From Eledone cirrhosa (taxonomy: Eukaryota): a DNA stretch of 64,000 bases. The stretch covers positions 103,416,001 through 103,480,000 of the forward strand of contig OZ024742.1 in NCBI GenBank assembly GCA_964016885.1, in the 5' to 3' direction. The notes below the pieces were generated by a model that was given only the letters and a program-made list of their open reading frames with translations, was not told the DNA's origin and ran no database searches. Every line of letters starts with the position of its first letter. Position 1 is the stretch's first letter. Shown here in pieces: positions 35,106-47,278 of this stretch. The position numbers were made by a program, and so were the translations under genes.

Positions 35106-35490
35106 AGAGGGGGCAGACTTAATCTGTCACCCAGTTTAACATCACTATCCAGTCATTGAGGTGGACCTATTACCAAGGAGGAAGAGGGGCAGACTTAGTC
35201 TGTCACCCAGTTTAAGATCACTATCCAGTCATTGAGGTGGACCTATTACCAGGGAGGAAGAGGGGCAGACTTAGTCTGTCACCCAGTTTAACATCACTAT
35301 CCAGTCATTGAGGTGGACCTATTACCAGGGAGGAAGAGGGGCAGACTTAGTCTGTCACCCAGTTTAACATCACTATCCAGTCATTGAGGTGGACCTATTA
35401 CCAGGGAGGAAGAGGGGCAGACTTAGTCTGTCACCCAGTTTAACACTACTACTGGGTCACTGAGGTAGGCTTATTGCCAAAGAAGAGGGA
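35106..35490. repeat. 76-bp tandem repeat, about 5 copies, each with a CAGAC-TTA-GTCTG hairpin
   Basis: GCAGACTT recurs at 35113, 35189, 35265, 35341 and 35417. Confidence 0.92.
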
Positions 35491-35778
35491 GGGGAGACAC
35501 TAGATCACCATGCCCCCTTATTTCTCAATGGTGCACCCTCAGATTTAGAAAAAAATTAAGGTAATATAATTATTTTGAAACTGTACCTTAGAATTATTGT
35601 GAATTAGAGTATCCTCCCAGAACATTCTAAAGCTCATCTCCCCACTACTCTTCCATGAAATGGAATCAACCAAAGATGAAGACTTGCTATGAGGTAAGAT
35701 CATGTACACATGCTTCATATCATGTATTAGAAGTTAACTCTTATAATTTTTTTTTCATTGTAATATAGATTTATATCA

Positions 35779-36414
35779 TCTATATATAATATAAAAGGAA
35801 GATGTTTATTGGTTGGTTGGTTGAATCACATGAATACACACACACACACACACAAATACATACACACACATTGAAAGAGAGAGACACAGAGAGGGAGAGA
35901 GAGAGAAACAGAGAGAGAGAGAGAGAGAGAGAGACATCCCACATCGGCTTAAACTATAGATCAAAGTGTATCAGTTGAAGGTTTAACAATATTGTGTTAG
36001 CTTTTACAAAGTAGTTTTACAGTCTTTGAAAAATTGATACTATTTGAAATTAATCTACCCTCCAGCTTTTATCCATATACTACTTACAGACCGTACTAAC
36101 GAAGCAACACTTCAGAAGCAATGTTATGCGGTATATTGCTGTTTCAGATGAGGTCCTTTGGAGCTGAAAAAGATCATACTGACTATGGTTATTTCACAAC
36201 ATTTAAAATCCTAGGCCAATGCTACCATTTAACCGGCATTTAATCAGCCTAATAAGGAAGTTTTATGATTGTTTTGTTTATGTCTCTCTCTTACACACTC
36301 ACATACACATTATGGTCTTACCTCATACCAGACAACACATCCAATACAGTCATTTTCTCTTTTATTCATTTTCTCTTAGCTGTTCTCCCAAGCAAAGCCG
36401 GGTATCTCAGCTAG
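35779..36414 (+). mobile_element. Non-autonomous Helitron
   Basis: 5' TCTATATATAATATAAAA; 3' CCC..GGG hairpin then CTAG; inserted between A and T. Confidence 0.75.
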
Positions 36415-36721
36415 TAACATATAAATTCATAATTTATATGAAAATAAATTATGAGCATTTTCTGACCAGATTATGACAAAATACCTTGCTAGGACCAATT
36501 ATGATAAAATTGGTGTGTGTGTGTGTCTTATTACTAAGAATATGCGTGTACGAGTGTGGATGTATGTATCATGTGTTTTTGCTTGTATGTATGAATATGT
36601 GTATGTGTGTGGTTATACAGAAATTGCTGATATGTTAGCATCCCCACCACCAAGTAGCATGATGAAAACTAAGTAGCATGATGACTACTAAGATGCATGA
36701 TGAAAATAAAAACATTCTTAC

Positions 36722-36790
36722 CCACAGGAGGCTGATATAAATATATTAATACTCTCCAGCTGTTCTGACAGTGCTGTTCCAAACATATAC
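36722..36790 (-). CDS. ARMH1: ARMH1 coding exon 2 (69 bp; YMFGTALSEQLESINIFISASCG), not in the ORF track
   Basis: TAG acceptor and GTAAG donor; phase 2/2 joins exons 1 and 3; aligns to recalled [23 protein letters not shown]. Confidence 0.88.
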
Positions 36791-38944
36791 CTAAAGATGT
36801 GGTAAGGAAATTATTCAATGTTTGTTTGATATATATAATCATCATATGTGACTGTAGAGGACATGCACAGACTGGAGAGAAATGAAATATCCAGGTTTTA
36901 TTGGATGTGCAATGTAAATGTGAGAGAAAGGCAGAGAATGGATGAACTGATGTAAAATTGCTGATGATGATGATATATGTATATATATATACAGTCGTCT
37001 CCCGGTATTCGCGGGGGTTACGCTCCTAGAGCACCCGCGAAGAGCAAAAAACCGCGAATATCATACGTGGTCCATAAAAATGCCTATAAACGTCAAAATA
37101 TAAAGTAAAATAGAATAAAGAAAAGAGGTAGTGTCTTATGCGAAGGAGCGTCCAATAGGTCGTCAAATACACTATATTGTTATTAATAATGTAGCGTTAA
37201 AAAAATATATATATTGCGACAAAAAAGCCATTAAAAAATCGCGTAAGATATTTACGATTCCGCGAATATGCGGTGGTTTCGATGAACAATTATTAGTAAG
37301 GTTCTAAGGAAAATAACTGTAAATAAATAAATAAATAAATAAATATATATATATATTATATATATATATACATATATAATATATATATATGAAAAGAATC
37401 AAGACCCCGACGGCTGATCTCTGGCCATTTCGACAGCTAGATCATATTACAGGAGAGACTTATGTATTTGACATAACTCCGAGTCCTCCCAACCCTTTGT
37501 TTGACAAGTTTTTTTACGGCTGGATACTTTTCCTATCACCAACCACTTTACAACATGTACTGAGTACGTTTATTGTGTAGGTCACGAACACTAGAGAAGA
37601 TGCCGTATCGTGGCACGACTGTAGGGTCATCTCGACCCCCCACTTATTCTCGCTCTCTCTCATGGAGATGAGAACACATGGTGCTGAAGGGAACAGCTAA
37701 AGAATGATAGTGGAGGAGGAATGTGTGGGTTGCAAGGAGTAGCTATAAAAATGCGATGATATTGAGGATATCTAAGGGTTTTAGTGGAGTGAGAAAACAG
37801 CAGCTACAGAATGAACTCAGGAGAGGGCAAGTAGTGATGGTGAGGATAGTGGAGGGGGCATAGACCAATATATGCCCCCTCCACTTTGGTGAGGTGAGTG
37901 GCTATTAGAGTACGATAGTGAGGGAGTCTAGTGACTTTTAAGGGGGAGCAGCAAGGAGTGAGTGCTGGGGGAGGGCATAGTGTGTGTATGTTGAGGGTGT
38001 TGTAGTAAAGTTGAGAATAGCTGTTAGTGAGTGCTAGTGGAAGACAGGAACACAGGGATAGGTCAGGCTATATTGTGTGCTATAGGTCAGCATGACATGG
38101 TGTACGACAAGGCTAACCCCTATGAATTACGGGTACAACTCATTTTTGCCAGCTGAGTAGACTGCGGCAATGTGCCGCCAGTTCTCGAACACATGATGTT
38201 ATATAAAGTAATTCCAATAATAATTCATTTGAATGACAAATACATCTAATTCTAATAAAATGTTGCCTTCTTCTCTTGATACCCTAAGCATGTGTTTATT
38301 TTGCTTAATAGCTAATCCATCCCTGACTGTATGGGGTTTTTCGGGATGTTCACTCTGAAAAAAAAAATCATTAACTGATAGAACTTTATGGGCTCAGCCA
38401 TAATCCCTGGATTATTAACCGATAGAACTTTATGGGCTCAGCCAAGAAGAATGCCAATCAATCCTCGAGCGAAGCTACAGAGAAAACTACTAAGTTTTAG
38501 ATTAAAAGGACTAAAAAGGCTGCGGTTGATGCTAGAACACAAACTTGGCTGTGTTAGCTGTCGAAACAGCTGATAACCCCAGCTCACAATATTGATGTAT
38601 CTCAGTTCATCCAGATTATCTTGTACATTCGTTGTTAAATGTGATTTTCTTTTTACACATTGTCTCATAGTGAATAACACCCTTTGTTGACAATATATGT
38701 TATTATTGACTGCTGCCTCTCTCACTCTCTCTCTCTGCACACACGCTGAATTCATACGTTTAACACACACATATACGTGTGTGTATGTGTATGTATGTAC
38801 ACACACACATATATATATGTGCGCGCGCGCGCGCGTTAAATGTACTAATTTAGGTGCGTTGTGAGCGTGTTTTACTGTTAACAAGTGTCTATTTGTAGCT
38901 TATATGTACTGATATGCAGTCGAAAAGCTGTGGCGAAAGGATAC
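36791..38944 (-). other. Probable U12-type (minor spliceosome) GT-AG intron 1 of ARMH1
   Basis: 5' site GTATCCTTT; branch-like TTTCCTTACC about 12 nt before the AG; no real polypyrimidine tract. Confidence 0.8.
36992..37320. mobile_element. Truncated Tigger/pogo-like DNA transposon end
   Basis: TA + CAGTCGTCTCCCGGTATTCGCGGGGGTTACG resembles a Tigger TIR; the second TIR is not clear. Confidence 0.5.
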
Positions 38945-39147
38945 GAAATACGCAGCCATGCACTGATACGAGCCAACATTAAACTGGCTCCCTCAGCAAA
39001 CTCCACTTCTAGTTCAGGTCCAGTTTTATTTCGGTTTTGCTTGATAAAACTACTAAGGATTTTCTTCCGCACACTTTCATTTCCTTTATCCCACTCTTTG
39101 AACAGCTCAAACACCCTATGCAACTGGGCTTCCTGATCAGCTGGCAT
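38945..39147 (-). CDS. ARMH1: ARMH1 (armadillo-like helical domain-containing 1, C1orf228) coding exon 1
   Basis: MPADQEAQLHRVFELFKEWDKGN..RKKIL..FI..N..KTGPELE.EFAEGASLMLARIS matches the recalled human N-terminus ([37 protein letters not shown]). Confidence 0.92.
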
Positions 39148-39228
39148 TATAGCAACAGTGTATAGTAAATCTTCCAAGTTAGTCGTGCTATGTAAAGGTG
39201 TTATGAAGCCGTAGTGCTTTGTTCCACA

Positions 39229-39241
39229 GTAACTAGGCAAC
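39229..39241. promoter_or_regulatory. RFX X-box-like motif about 80 bp upstream of the ARMH1 ATG
   Basis: GTAACTAGGCAAC (reverse complement GTTGCCTAGTTAC). Confidence 0.6.
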
Positions 39242-39853
39242 CGTTGTCAATACACAGCACTATTGCGACTAATAAGGCCTTGCTTGAAATGTTTCGATTA
39301 GTTATGGATTTCTTAAGAAATTTAATTTTTATTATCTCTGGCTTTGTGGCATTTAGTTATGACCCTTTACAATCTGTGTTCAAATCCCGCCGAAGTCAAC
39401 TTTGTCTTTCATCCTTCCAGAGTCGATAAAATAAAGTACGAGTCAAGTACTGGAGATGATTTAATGAACTTTGCTCTTGCCTAAAATTTGCCCGTCATGT
39501 GCCTTAAGTGAATATCCATCTTTACAATCTGATCCTGTGGAAATTCCATTGTTTAATATTAGAAACAACCAACAAGTATGAAAGTTCACGACAGCTAAAA
39601 TGTTTTATTTGTTATATATAAATGTTTATATATATATATATATATCATATTTTTTTATTTGTTTGACCCGAATTACTTGGTCGTTTCTATGGCTATGCGG
39701 ATATAATGGTTTAACCATCGTCTCAGTGTGTTTGGCCTTTTAACGTATGTTGTAGCTCTGGTTCGTTAGAATTATTGAGCGCTTGCCACACATCTCGGAA
39801 GTTGTTTTTCGCTAATTTCCAAAGCCGAAATACGATTCTCGCTAATTTATATT

Positions 39854-39888
<35 letters not shown>

Positions 39889-40329
39889 GTATATATAAAA
39901 TAGTAGAACACTGGAGGGTTATATCCGCCCCACTCAGTCCATGGGATGGGTTTGGTAGAAGTAGTTCCACAACAGTTAGTTCACCATACCGAGAAGAAAT
40001 GTTTCACCTTATGCGGATCTTCAGCTCAGTCTGAATCTGTCATTACTACTACAGGGGTCCGGCGAGCTTTTGATTCAAGAGTCGGGCTAGATCGATACAG
40101 ATCGAACCTTGTGCTGATCAGTAGCGAAACGCGCGTCACCAACCAATAAACGTAATGAAGGAGTAACCATTTGTCCTTGTATCATTATATTACACTGTCT
40201 AGCTCTACACCTCGATACTAACGTGAACCTAAACATCGAATGCTCACCCGGTAATTCCGCGTTACACTCCCTGGATATATATATATAGATATATATGTAG
40301 ATAAATCTACCAAGAGTTTACGGTATATA

Positions 40330-40486
40330 CATGTATATATATGTGTGTATGTAAGATGTGTGTGTATGTATGTATATGTCTATGTGTGTATATATATATA
40401 TATGTATGTATATCGATGTACGTGTATGTATGTACATGTATGTATATGTATGTGTGTATGTATGTGTATGTATATTTGTGTGTATG

Positions 40487-40573
<87 letters not shown>

Positions 40574-40799
40574 TTATTATTTATTTTTTTTATATATATA
40601 TGTATGTGTGTATGTGTTGTGTGTGTGTGTGTGTGTATATATATCTTTATATATGTGTATGTGTATGTTCGTGTAGGTGTATGTGTGTGTATGACTTTAT
40701 ATGTATGTGTGTATGTGTGTATGCGTATATATTTCTATGTGTGTGTACATGTATGTATGTGTGTATATGTGTATGTGTGTGTATGTGTATATGTATATG

Positions 40800-40835
<36 letters not shown>

Positions 40836-41213
40836 ATATATATATATATGTATATGTATATGTGTGTGTATATATATATATATATATATCTATATGTTTT
40901 TCTATTTGTATATGTATGTGTGTATAGGTATATACCTTTCTCTTTGTATTTCTAAGTTGTGTGATAGTGTAGTGGTGTTTGTATGTATATACCGATATAT
41001 AGATGCGTAAGTATTTGTCTGTATGTATATATGTAAGTCTGTATATATTTGTGTGTATATATAACTATGTATGTGTATATCTGTATGTATATTAGTATGT
41101 AAGTGTTGTATATGTGCATGTATGTGTGTGGTTATATATATCTGTGTCTATATAGTATGTGTGATCATATGTATAAGTGTGTGTATATGTACGTGTATAT
41201 ACATATATATGTA

Positions 41214-41268
<55 letters not shown>

Positions 41269-41451
41269 GTATTTGTATGTATATGTGTATATGTATGTAT
41301 GTGTGTATATGTATATGTTTATATATGTGTGTGTATGTATGTTCTTAGTGTGGATGTGTGTATATGTATGTATGTGTTTGTATATGTGTGTATATTTATG
41401 TATGTGTGTATGTGTGTATATGTGTATATATATGTATATTGTATGTATATA

Positions 41452-41492
<41 letters not shown>

Positions 41493-41520
41493 ATATATGT
41501 ATATATATATATATTTATTT
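40330..41520. repeat. Degenerate (TA/TG)n microsatellite
   Basis: Direct reading. Confidence 0.93.
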
Positions 41521-42157
41521 TCTTGATATATTTCTTTTTTCTTTTTTCTTTTTTCTGTTTTCTTTCTATTCTTTCCTCTTTAATGTTTATTTATTTATTA
41601 TTTTCTTAGTTTATAGATACATCTATATTAGGCAGTCAGCTCAGACCGTTGAACACTGACCTCTCTCTCCCCCCCCCCCCCGCCTAATTTCTGTATCTTG
41701 ATCTAAAAATGTGTGTGCCAGTGTCTTATGTGAGTGAATTAATATCCATGTGCTTATGATTTTATATCCACATATATAAATGTGAGTGGGGGTGTGTGTG
41801 TGTTTGTATGTTCGTGGTTATGTGTATATTTATGCATATACGCGCGTGTATGTGTGATTGTACGGATATGTGTGTGTATGAAAAAATATATTTATATACT
41901 TAATTTCAAAAGTGTCAATACGCATCTTATCTGTGCATTATAAACCTACAGAGACATTAACCTTGAAATTTTGTATTTGCATCCATCCTTTTAGTATGCG
42001 TATACAAATTATACATACATTTTTGTAAAATATGTGTAAGGGTTTTACATGTATATACACACACCGAATTGCATTTAACCCTTTGTGTTTTCATTGGTCA
42101 ATTTTGTTTCCAAACGGACCTGAAATTTTGAATTGTTGTTATTATCAATAAATATAC

Positions 42158-42311
42158 TTCATTATTTCTGAAGACGGCGTATATATGTGTTGGTATGTAT
42201 ATTTAATCTTGATAATTTGTATAATTTTGTATAATTTTGTACATAGATCTGTTGAATATGCATACCAATTCTAACACATATATATCCTAGAAACGATCGT
42301 TAAATAATGAA
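42158..42311 (+). ncRNA. Type-I hammerhead ribozyme with a very long stem II
   Basis: Stem I TTCATTATTT/AAATAATGAA (10 bp), CUGAAGA, about 115-nt stem II hairpin, GAAA-CGATCG-UU with palindromic stem III. Confidence 0.8.
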
Positions 42312-42367
42312 CTTTTTTTGTTTAATATAAGGAATTGTTTATTCATTATTTGTTTAATATTTTATAT

Positions 42368-42453
<86 letters not shown>

Positions 42454-42483
42454 AGATCAAAAGATGGTTAAAGGAGTTCCATG

Positions 42484-42554
42484 TATTTTATTATGCGCAT
42501 TTCAAAAACAAACATCATCATGCAATAATATTTGTGTTTTCATCAGATAAAACA
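42484..42554 (-). ncRNA. Type-I hammerhead ribozyme (mirror of 42656-42726)
   Basis: Exact reverse complement of the + copy. Confidence 0.8.
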
Positions 42555-42655
42555 GGAGAACATGATATGAAGGCTAAAAAACACTTGTGGATAGTGCAGT
42601 TGATTTAAAACTGCACTATCCACAAGTGTTTTTTAGCCTTCATATCATGTTCTCC

Positions 42656-42726
42656 TGTTTTATCTGATGAAAACACAAATATTATTGCATGATGATGTTT
42701 GTTTTTGAAATGCGCATAATAAAATA
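42656..42726 (+). ncRNA. Type-I hammerhead ribozyme
   Basis: TGTTTTAT CTGATGA [stem II] GAAA TGCGC ATA ATAAAATA; palindromic ATGCGCAT stem III; AUA triplet. Confidence 0.8.
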
Positions 42727-42847
42727 CATGGAACTCCTTTAACCATCTTTTGATCTTATATTATGCATACTCCAGTCCTACAAACTGTAGAGTGCTTCTT
42801 ATCCGATATCTGCATTGCTTTATTGTACTACAATAAAACTCACCTCC

Positions 42848-42888
<41 letters not shown>

Positions 42889-42939
42889 ATAATAATTAAT
42901 TCAAAATATTAACAAAATAGATATTCTTGTGATCAAGTA

Positions 42940-43006
42940 TATTTTATTATACATATTTCAGAGGTACTGAGTTAAGTTCAACAGTACGTCCTCATCAGAT
43001 AAAATA
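42940..43006 (-). ncRNA. Type-I hammerhead ribozyme (mirror of 45833-45899)
   Basis: Reverse complement of the + copy. Confidence 0.78.
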
Positions 43007-45832
43007 ACATGATGCATGATATACCCTGACATAGTAGATGCTTAAGATTCAGTCATGGTAGTGATTAACATATGACAAAACTCAATATTTATACCCTAAT
43101 ATTGAGAACACGAGAAAAATATATAATCAGACAATAGAGTGAGTGCGTGTAATACAACTTAAAAAATACATGGCATCAATATAACAGTTAAACAATTTTT
43201 CTTTCTTAAAACTACTGAAGAAAGAGGAAAGAAAGGAAAGCATAGAGGAAGAAATAGCTGATGTGATAATATATTTAGTAGGTGGCTCGAAAAACAAATG
43301 AAAGATGTTTAAAGAGGGAGGGAGAGAGACAAAGGGGAGTAATTTATGTTCAAGTTTATAGACAATTAACCATATATGCAATATATATCTAAATTTATTT
43401 AGTTGGCCGTTAATATTCAAAATATTTAATTTAAGTTATTTCAGAGTAATGAGTAATATTTTAGGTTTTAAAAGTTAATAGGTATTTGTATTAATATTAT
43501 AATTATACTATCAAGTTTAATTTCCAAAATTCAAATTTTATGAAAACAAATTTAAAGGATTTACGAAACACGAGAAAGAAAACATATAATGCTTTTATAT
43601 CCTCACGAAGGTAATCTTTACCAAGATTATTTATAATATTGATAACAGTTTATATAATATAATTTATAAAATAATTATAGTTATAATTATTAAAGAATTT
43701 ATGGTTAAATAGTTTGAGTGCCTAAAGGATCAACCGGCCTTATAACTAAACTTAAAGATGTCTGAATTTTTAATTATATATATTTAAAATACTCGATCTT
43801 TTGGACGAAGCTTTGTAATAGTAAAATATATACGAACTCGTCTATATCAAATAACTGCAACCTCTGCACAAAGGAGACCCTATTAATAATTACTAATTAT
43901 GAAAATTTAACAAAAAAAGTGAATTATTCTCAAAGTGCCTTCATAAAGCTTTGTCTACATTCTAAGCCTCGCAAAAAAACACTAAACAACCAGGCCTTAG
44001 TTTTTGACGTCTCTTATCAACTGTTGGGCCTAAAAAGTTATAACGGTTTATCTTCTAATCATTTATGATAGAATTAATGTTAGAATGAAGGATATTCTTT
44101 TGATAGCTTGTTTACTTGATAAATATGCACACCTTAGGTTTTTTTTTTTGATATTTATAATTTTGATTCAGATCTTTATTTATCTGTCTCTGTTTTAAAT
44201 ATATAATTTGGATATTTAACTTGTAAATTTACCGATTATAATTGAACTCTAGATCATTCATACGTTTACATATTTTCCTCATTTTGAGTATGTTTTGGGG
44301 ACTCAGAAAGTTAGATCTGCATTTATTTATTTTTTTATATATATCTAGGTATAAATATAACAAACCATAATAGTCGACAAATATTGGTCTCTCTCTCCAT
44401 TGAACTGGAGGTAAAACTACAATTATAGCATTACTAATCATGATTATAATTATTTATTTATTAAATGTATACCTATAATAATATCTCTATATAGTTGTAC
44501 AAATATGTTTATCTAGTATAATTACATACTCGTAGTTACATTTATAAATAATTTAGATACTCAAATGACTCTATATTGTTATAAGTGTTTGATATTCCCT
44601 GGAAGTTCGAATTTATATAATGATTTTTACTTAATATAATATAATTTAATTTAATTTAATTTATTTTAATTAAATTTAGATTATCTTCGGCTTTTTTAAA
44701 TATTTACCTCCTCTTTCTATCACATTCGCTAAAATATTTTAGACGTATCTTTTGTCTACTATATATTAAAACCCTATTACATTTATAATATATTTTTAAT
44801 ATTGGGCATTTTTAAGTTTCGCAAACAATTCATTATATTTATATTTATTTTGTATCTAGCCTATCATTAGGACTCGTGTAGTTTTGACATATGTTTATAG
44901 TATATATGAACTAAATGAAAATAATTGATATAAAACATTAACTTTTAACAATATTTTTTAACAATATATTTTAACTATATATATTTTTTTAACAATATTT
45001 TCAGTAACTTATTTACTATATTGTATTATATTATATATATTTGAAAGGTATCGCCTTAAGTCTTTAGACATTATAATCCTGGTATATTTTTTGATTAACA
45101 CATATATATAATTTAAAATTCAGACTTCTTTAAGTTTAGTTATAAGGCCGGTTGATCCTTTAGGCACTCAAACTATTTAACCATAAATTCTTTAATAATT
45201 ATAACTATAATTATTTTATAAATTATATTATATAAACTGTTGTCAATATTATAAATAATCTTGGTAAAGATTACCTTCGTGAGGATATAAAAGCATTATA
45301 TATTTTCTTTCTCGTGTTTCGTAAATCCTTTAAATTTGTTTTCATAAAATTTGAATTTTGGAAATTAAACTTGATAGTATAATTATAATATTAATACTAT
45401 TAACTTTTAAAACCTAAAATATTACTCATTACTCTGAAATAACTTAAATTAAATATTTTGAATATTAACGGCCAACTAAATAAATTTAGATATATATTGC
45501 ATATATGGTTAATTGTCTATAAACTTGAACATAAATTACTCCCCTTTGTCTCTCTCCCTCTTTAAACATCTTTCATTTGTTTTTCGAGCCACCTACTAAA
45601 TATATTATCACATCAGCTGTTTCTTCCTCTTTCTTCAGTAGTTTAATAAAAAAAAAATTTTTAACTGTTATATTGATGCCATGTATTTTTTAAGCTGTAT
45701 TACACGCACCCTCTCTATTGTTTGTATTATATATTTTTCTCATGTTCTCAATATTGAGTTTTGTCATATGTTAATCACTACCATGACTGAATCTTAACCA
45801 TCTACTATGTTAGGGTATGTCATGCATCATCT

Positions 45833-45899
45833 TATTTTATCTGATGAGGACGTACTGTTGAACTTAACTCAGTACCTCTGAAATATGTATAATAAAATA
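45833..45899 (+). ncRNA. Type-I hammerhead ribozyme
   Basis: TATTTTAT CTGATGA gga-cGTACTG...CAGTAC-ctct GAAA TATGT ATA ATAAAATA. Confidence 0.78.
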
Positions 45900-46036
45900 T
45901 ACTTGATCACAAGAATATCTATTTTGTTAATATTTTGAATTAATATTAATAACTCTGGAACACCTTTTTTGTGGAGTGCTTCCAATCTATTGTAAAACTC
46001 ATTCTTTGATGTATTAATTGAATCTTGTTTAACTTT

Positions 46037-46070
<34 letters not shown>

Positions 46071-46076
<6 letters not shown>

Positions 46077-46540
46077 TTGCAAGGTTTTTTATATGAAATC
46101 GTGTGTCGAAACAAATATTGGTATACTTGGGGAGGGTCATTTTGTTGTAATAATATTGCCAGAAATAATAACAGAACACACTCACTGTTTGGTTGGTTTT
46201 CGCTTCTGTATCTTTTATATCGCCATAGTTAATTCATTTGGTCCTCAATGTTTATCAGATAAACAGATAAAATAAAAATGGCGTAGGCATACAATACAAC
46301 AGGAGGAACATAATAGTACCACTGATGATGTTGCAGATGTGCAACGAAAGAATTTTGTTAGACTATATATATGTGTTTATATCTGTATTTTTGACCGTTG
46401 GTCAGTCAATGATAAACATTGAGGACCAAATGAATTAACTATGGCGATATAAAAGATACAAAAGCGAAAACCAACCAAACAGTGAGTGTGTTCTGTTATT
46501 ATTATTACAACAAAATGACCCTGCCCAAGTATAACAATAT
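46071..46540. mobile_element. Small fold-back element related to 17352-19290 (arms about 46114-46258 / 46410-46540, left tail, one hammerhead in the spacer)
   Basis: Shares the tail GCAAG..TTTAT.TGAAATCGTGTGT.GAAAC and the end ATGACCCT.CC.AAGTATAACAATATA with the GIY-YIG palindrome. Confidence 0.82.
46314..46365 (+). ncRNA. Minimal type-I hammerhead ribozyme (imperfect stem I)
   Basis: CTGATGA T GTTGCA gatg TGCAAC GAAA GAAT TT; outer TAGT/ACTA pairing. Confidence 0.7.
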
Positions 46541-46549
46541 ATATATATA

Positions 46550-46975
46550 TAGTAAGGAGAGACGAACACAAATATATAGCTACACGTGTTCAAATCACAA
46601 GGCATAGAGACCGCCAGGGTAAAGAGAATATTGACTAAATCAAGAAGATAAATTGAGAAAAACGAACCTACTATGATGACTATCATGTACCCGGACAGTT
46701 TATGGGTAGCGCTGTTTCGCAAAATTCAGTGAGGAGAACTATTGGCGTGGTGCTTCACAATATTCATTTTACTACTATGTTTAGTAGAAGACTAAATAAC
46801 CTTACGTTCTATTCGTTCCTCCCGGAACGAATAGAACGTAAGGTTACTAAAAAAATAGCAGCCAGAACCATTCAATATATGAAAGCTCAACAAAAGCGAT
46901 CAAGCAAATTTATCAAAAGTATATATTGAGTTAAAAACTCACAATAGTTTTTAACTCAATATATACTTTTGATAT
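46550..46975. mobile_element. Relative of the 4140-4395 fold-back family, ending in an about 64-bp palindrome (46911-46974)
   Basis: Minus strand CCTT..GATT.GAACAC.TGTA...GTGTTC.TCTCTC colinear with 4334-4380; shared TATTGAGTTAA.AACTCA. Confidence 0.55.
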
Positions 46976-47278
46976 ATATACATATATATAAAAAGTATAT
47001 GTGTGTGTGTCAGTGTTTGTTTTAAATATAGGTGGTTGCGAAAAAGAAAATAAGAAAACAGTGCTTAATCAGGTATGAGAGCTGCTATATTATTTATTTA
47101 TGCTCATACACGGAATAAAAGCGCTACCTAAGGTTTCAAGGCCCAATTTTGACCATATCCCTAGATTGTATGGATGATCAAATTTGCGACCAAATCTTCA
47201 GGCCCTTGGACAAGTTTGAAGATACCTTAAAACATATAACGTGCAAACGCTAAATTATGAAACAAGGGAAATAACTCA

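Larger units (their letters stand above)
42446..42850. mobile_element. Noncoding fold-back element: perfect 156-bp arms (42446-42601 / 42609-42764) plus about 85-bp tail, a hammerhead in each arm, (TA)n flanks
   Basis: Reverse-complement arms read directly. Confidence 0.88.
42890..46040 (+). mobile_element. AT-rich fold-back PLE remnant: about 850-890-bp arms (42895-43783 / 45102-45944), 1.3-kb spacer starting with a decayed endonuclease C-terminus, about 95-bp tail
   Basis: Inverted arms with indels; 43787-43950 translates KYSIFW...CNLCTKE.LLII..(fs)NKKSELFSKCLHK; hammerheads in both arms. Confidence 0.8.

Noticed and set aside
35106-35490. CRISPR-like array of hairpin repeats
   Set aside because: Spacers are invariant, the context is eukaryotic and there are no cas genes.
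36901-36916. GTGCAATGT as the right TIR of the Transib-like element
   Set aside because: Short imperfect match lying beyond ARMH1 exon 2; no TSD.
38438-38884. 148-aa ORF as a possible ARMH1 exon 2
   Set aside because: No similarity to ARMH1; the exon at 36722-36790 fits in phase and sequence.
39660-39730. Minus-strand CTGAGACGA...GAAACGACC hammerhead candidate
   Set aside because: The core has extra bases and stem I cannot pair.
39910-40275. CTGATCAGTAGCGAAACGCGCGTC hammerhead-like motif and possible solo LTR
   Set aside because: Core mismatch, no room for stem II, no stem I; no clear TG...CA ends or TSD.
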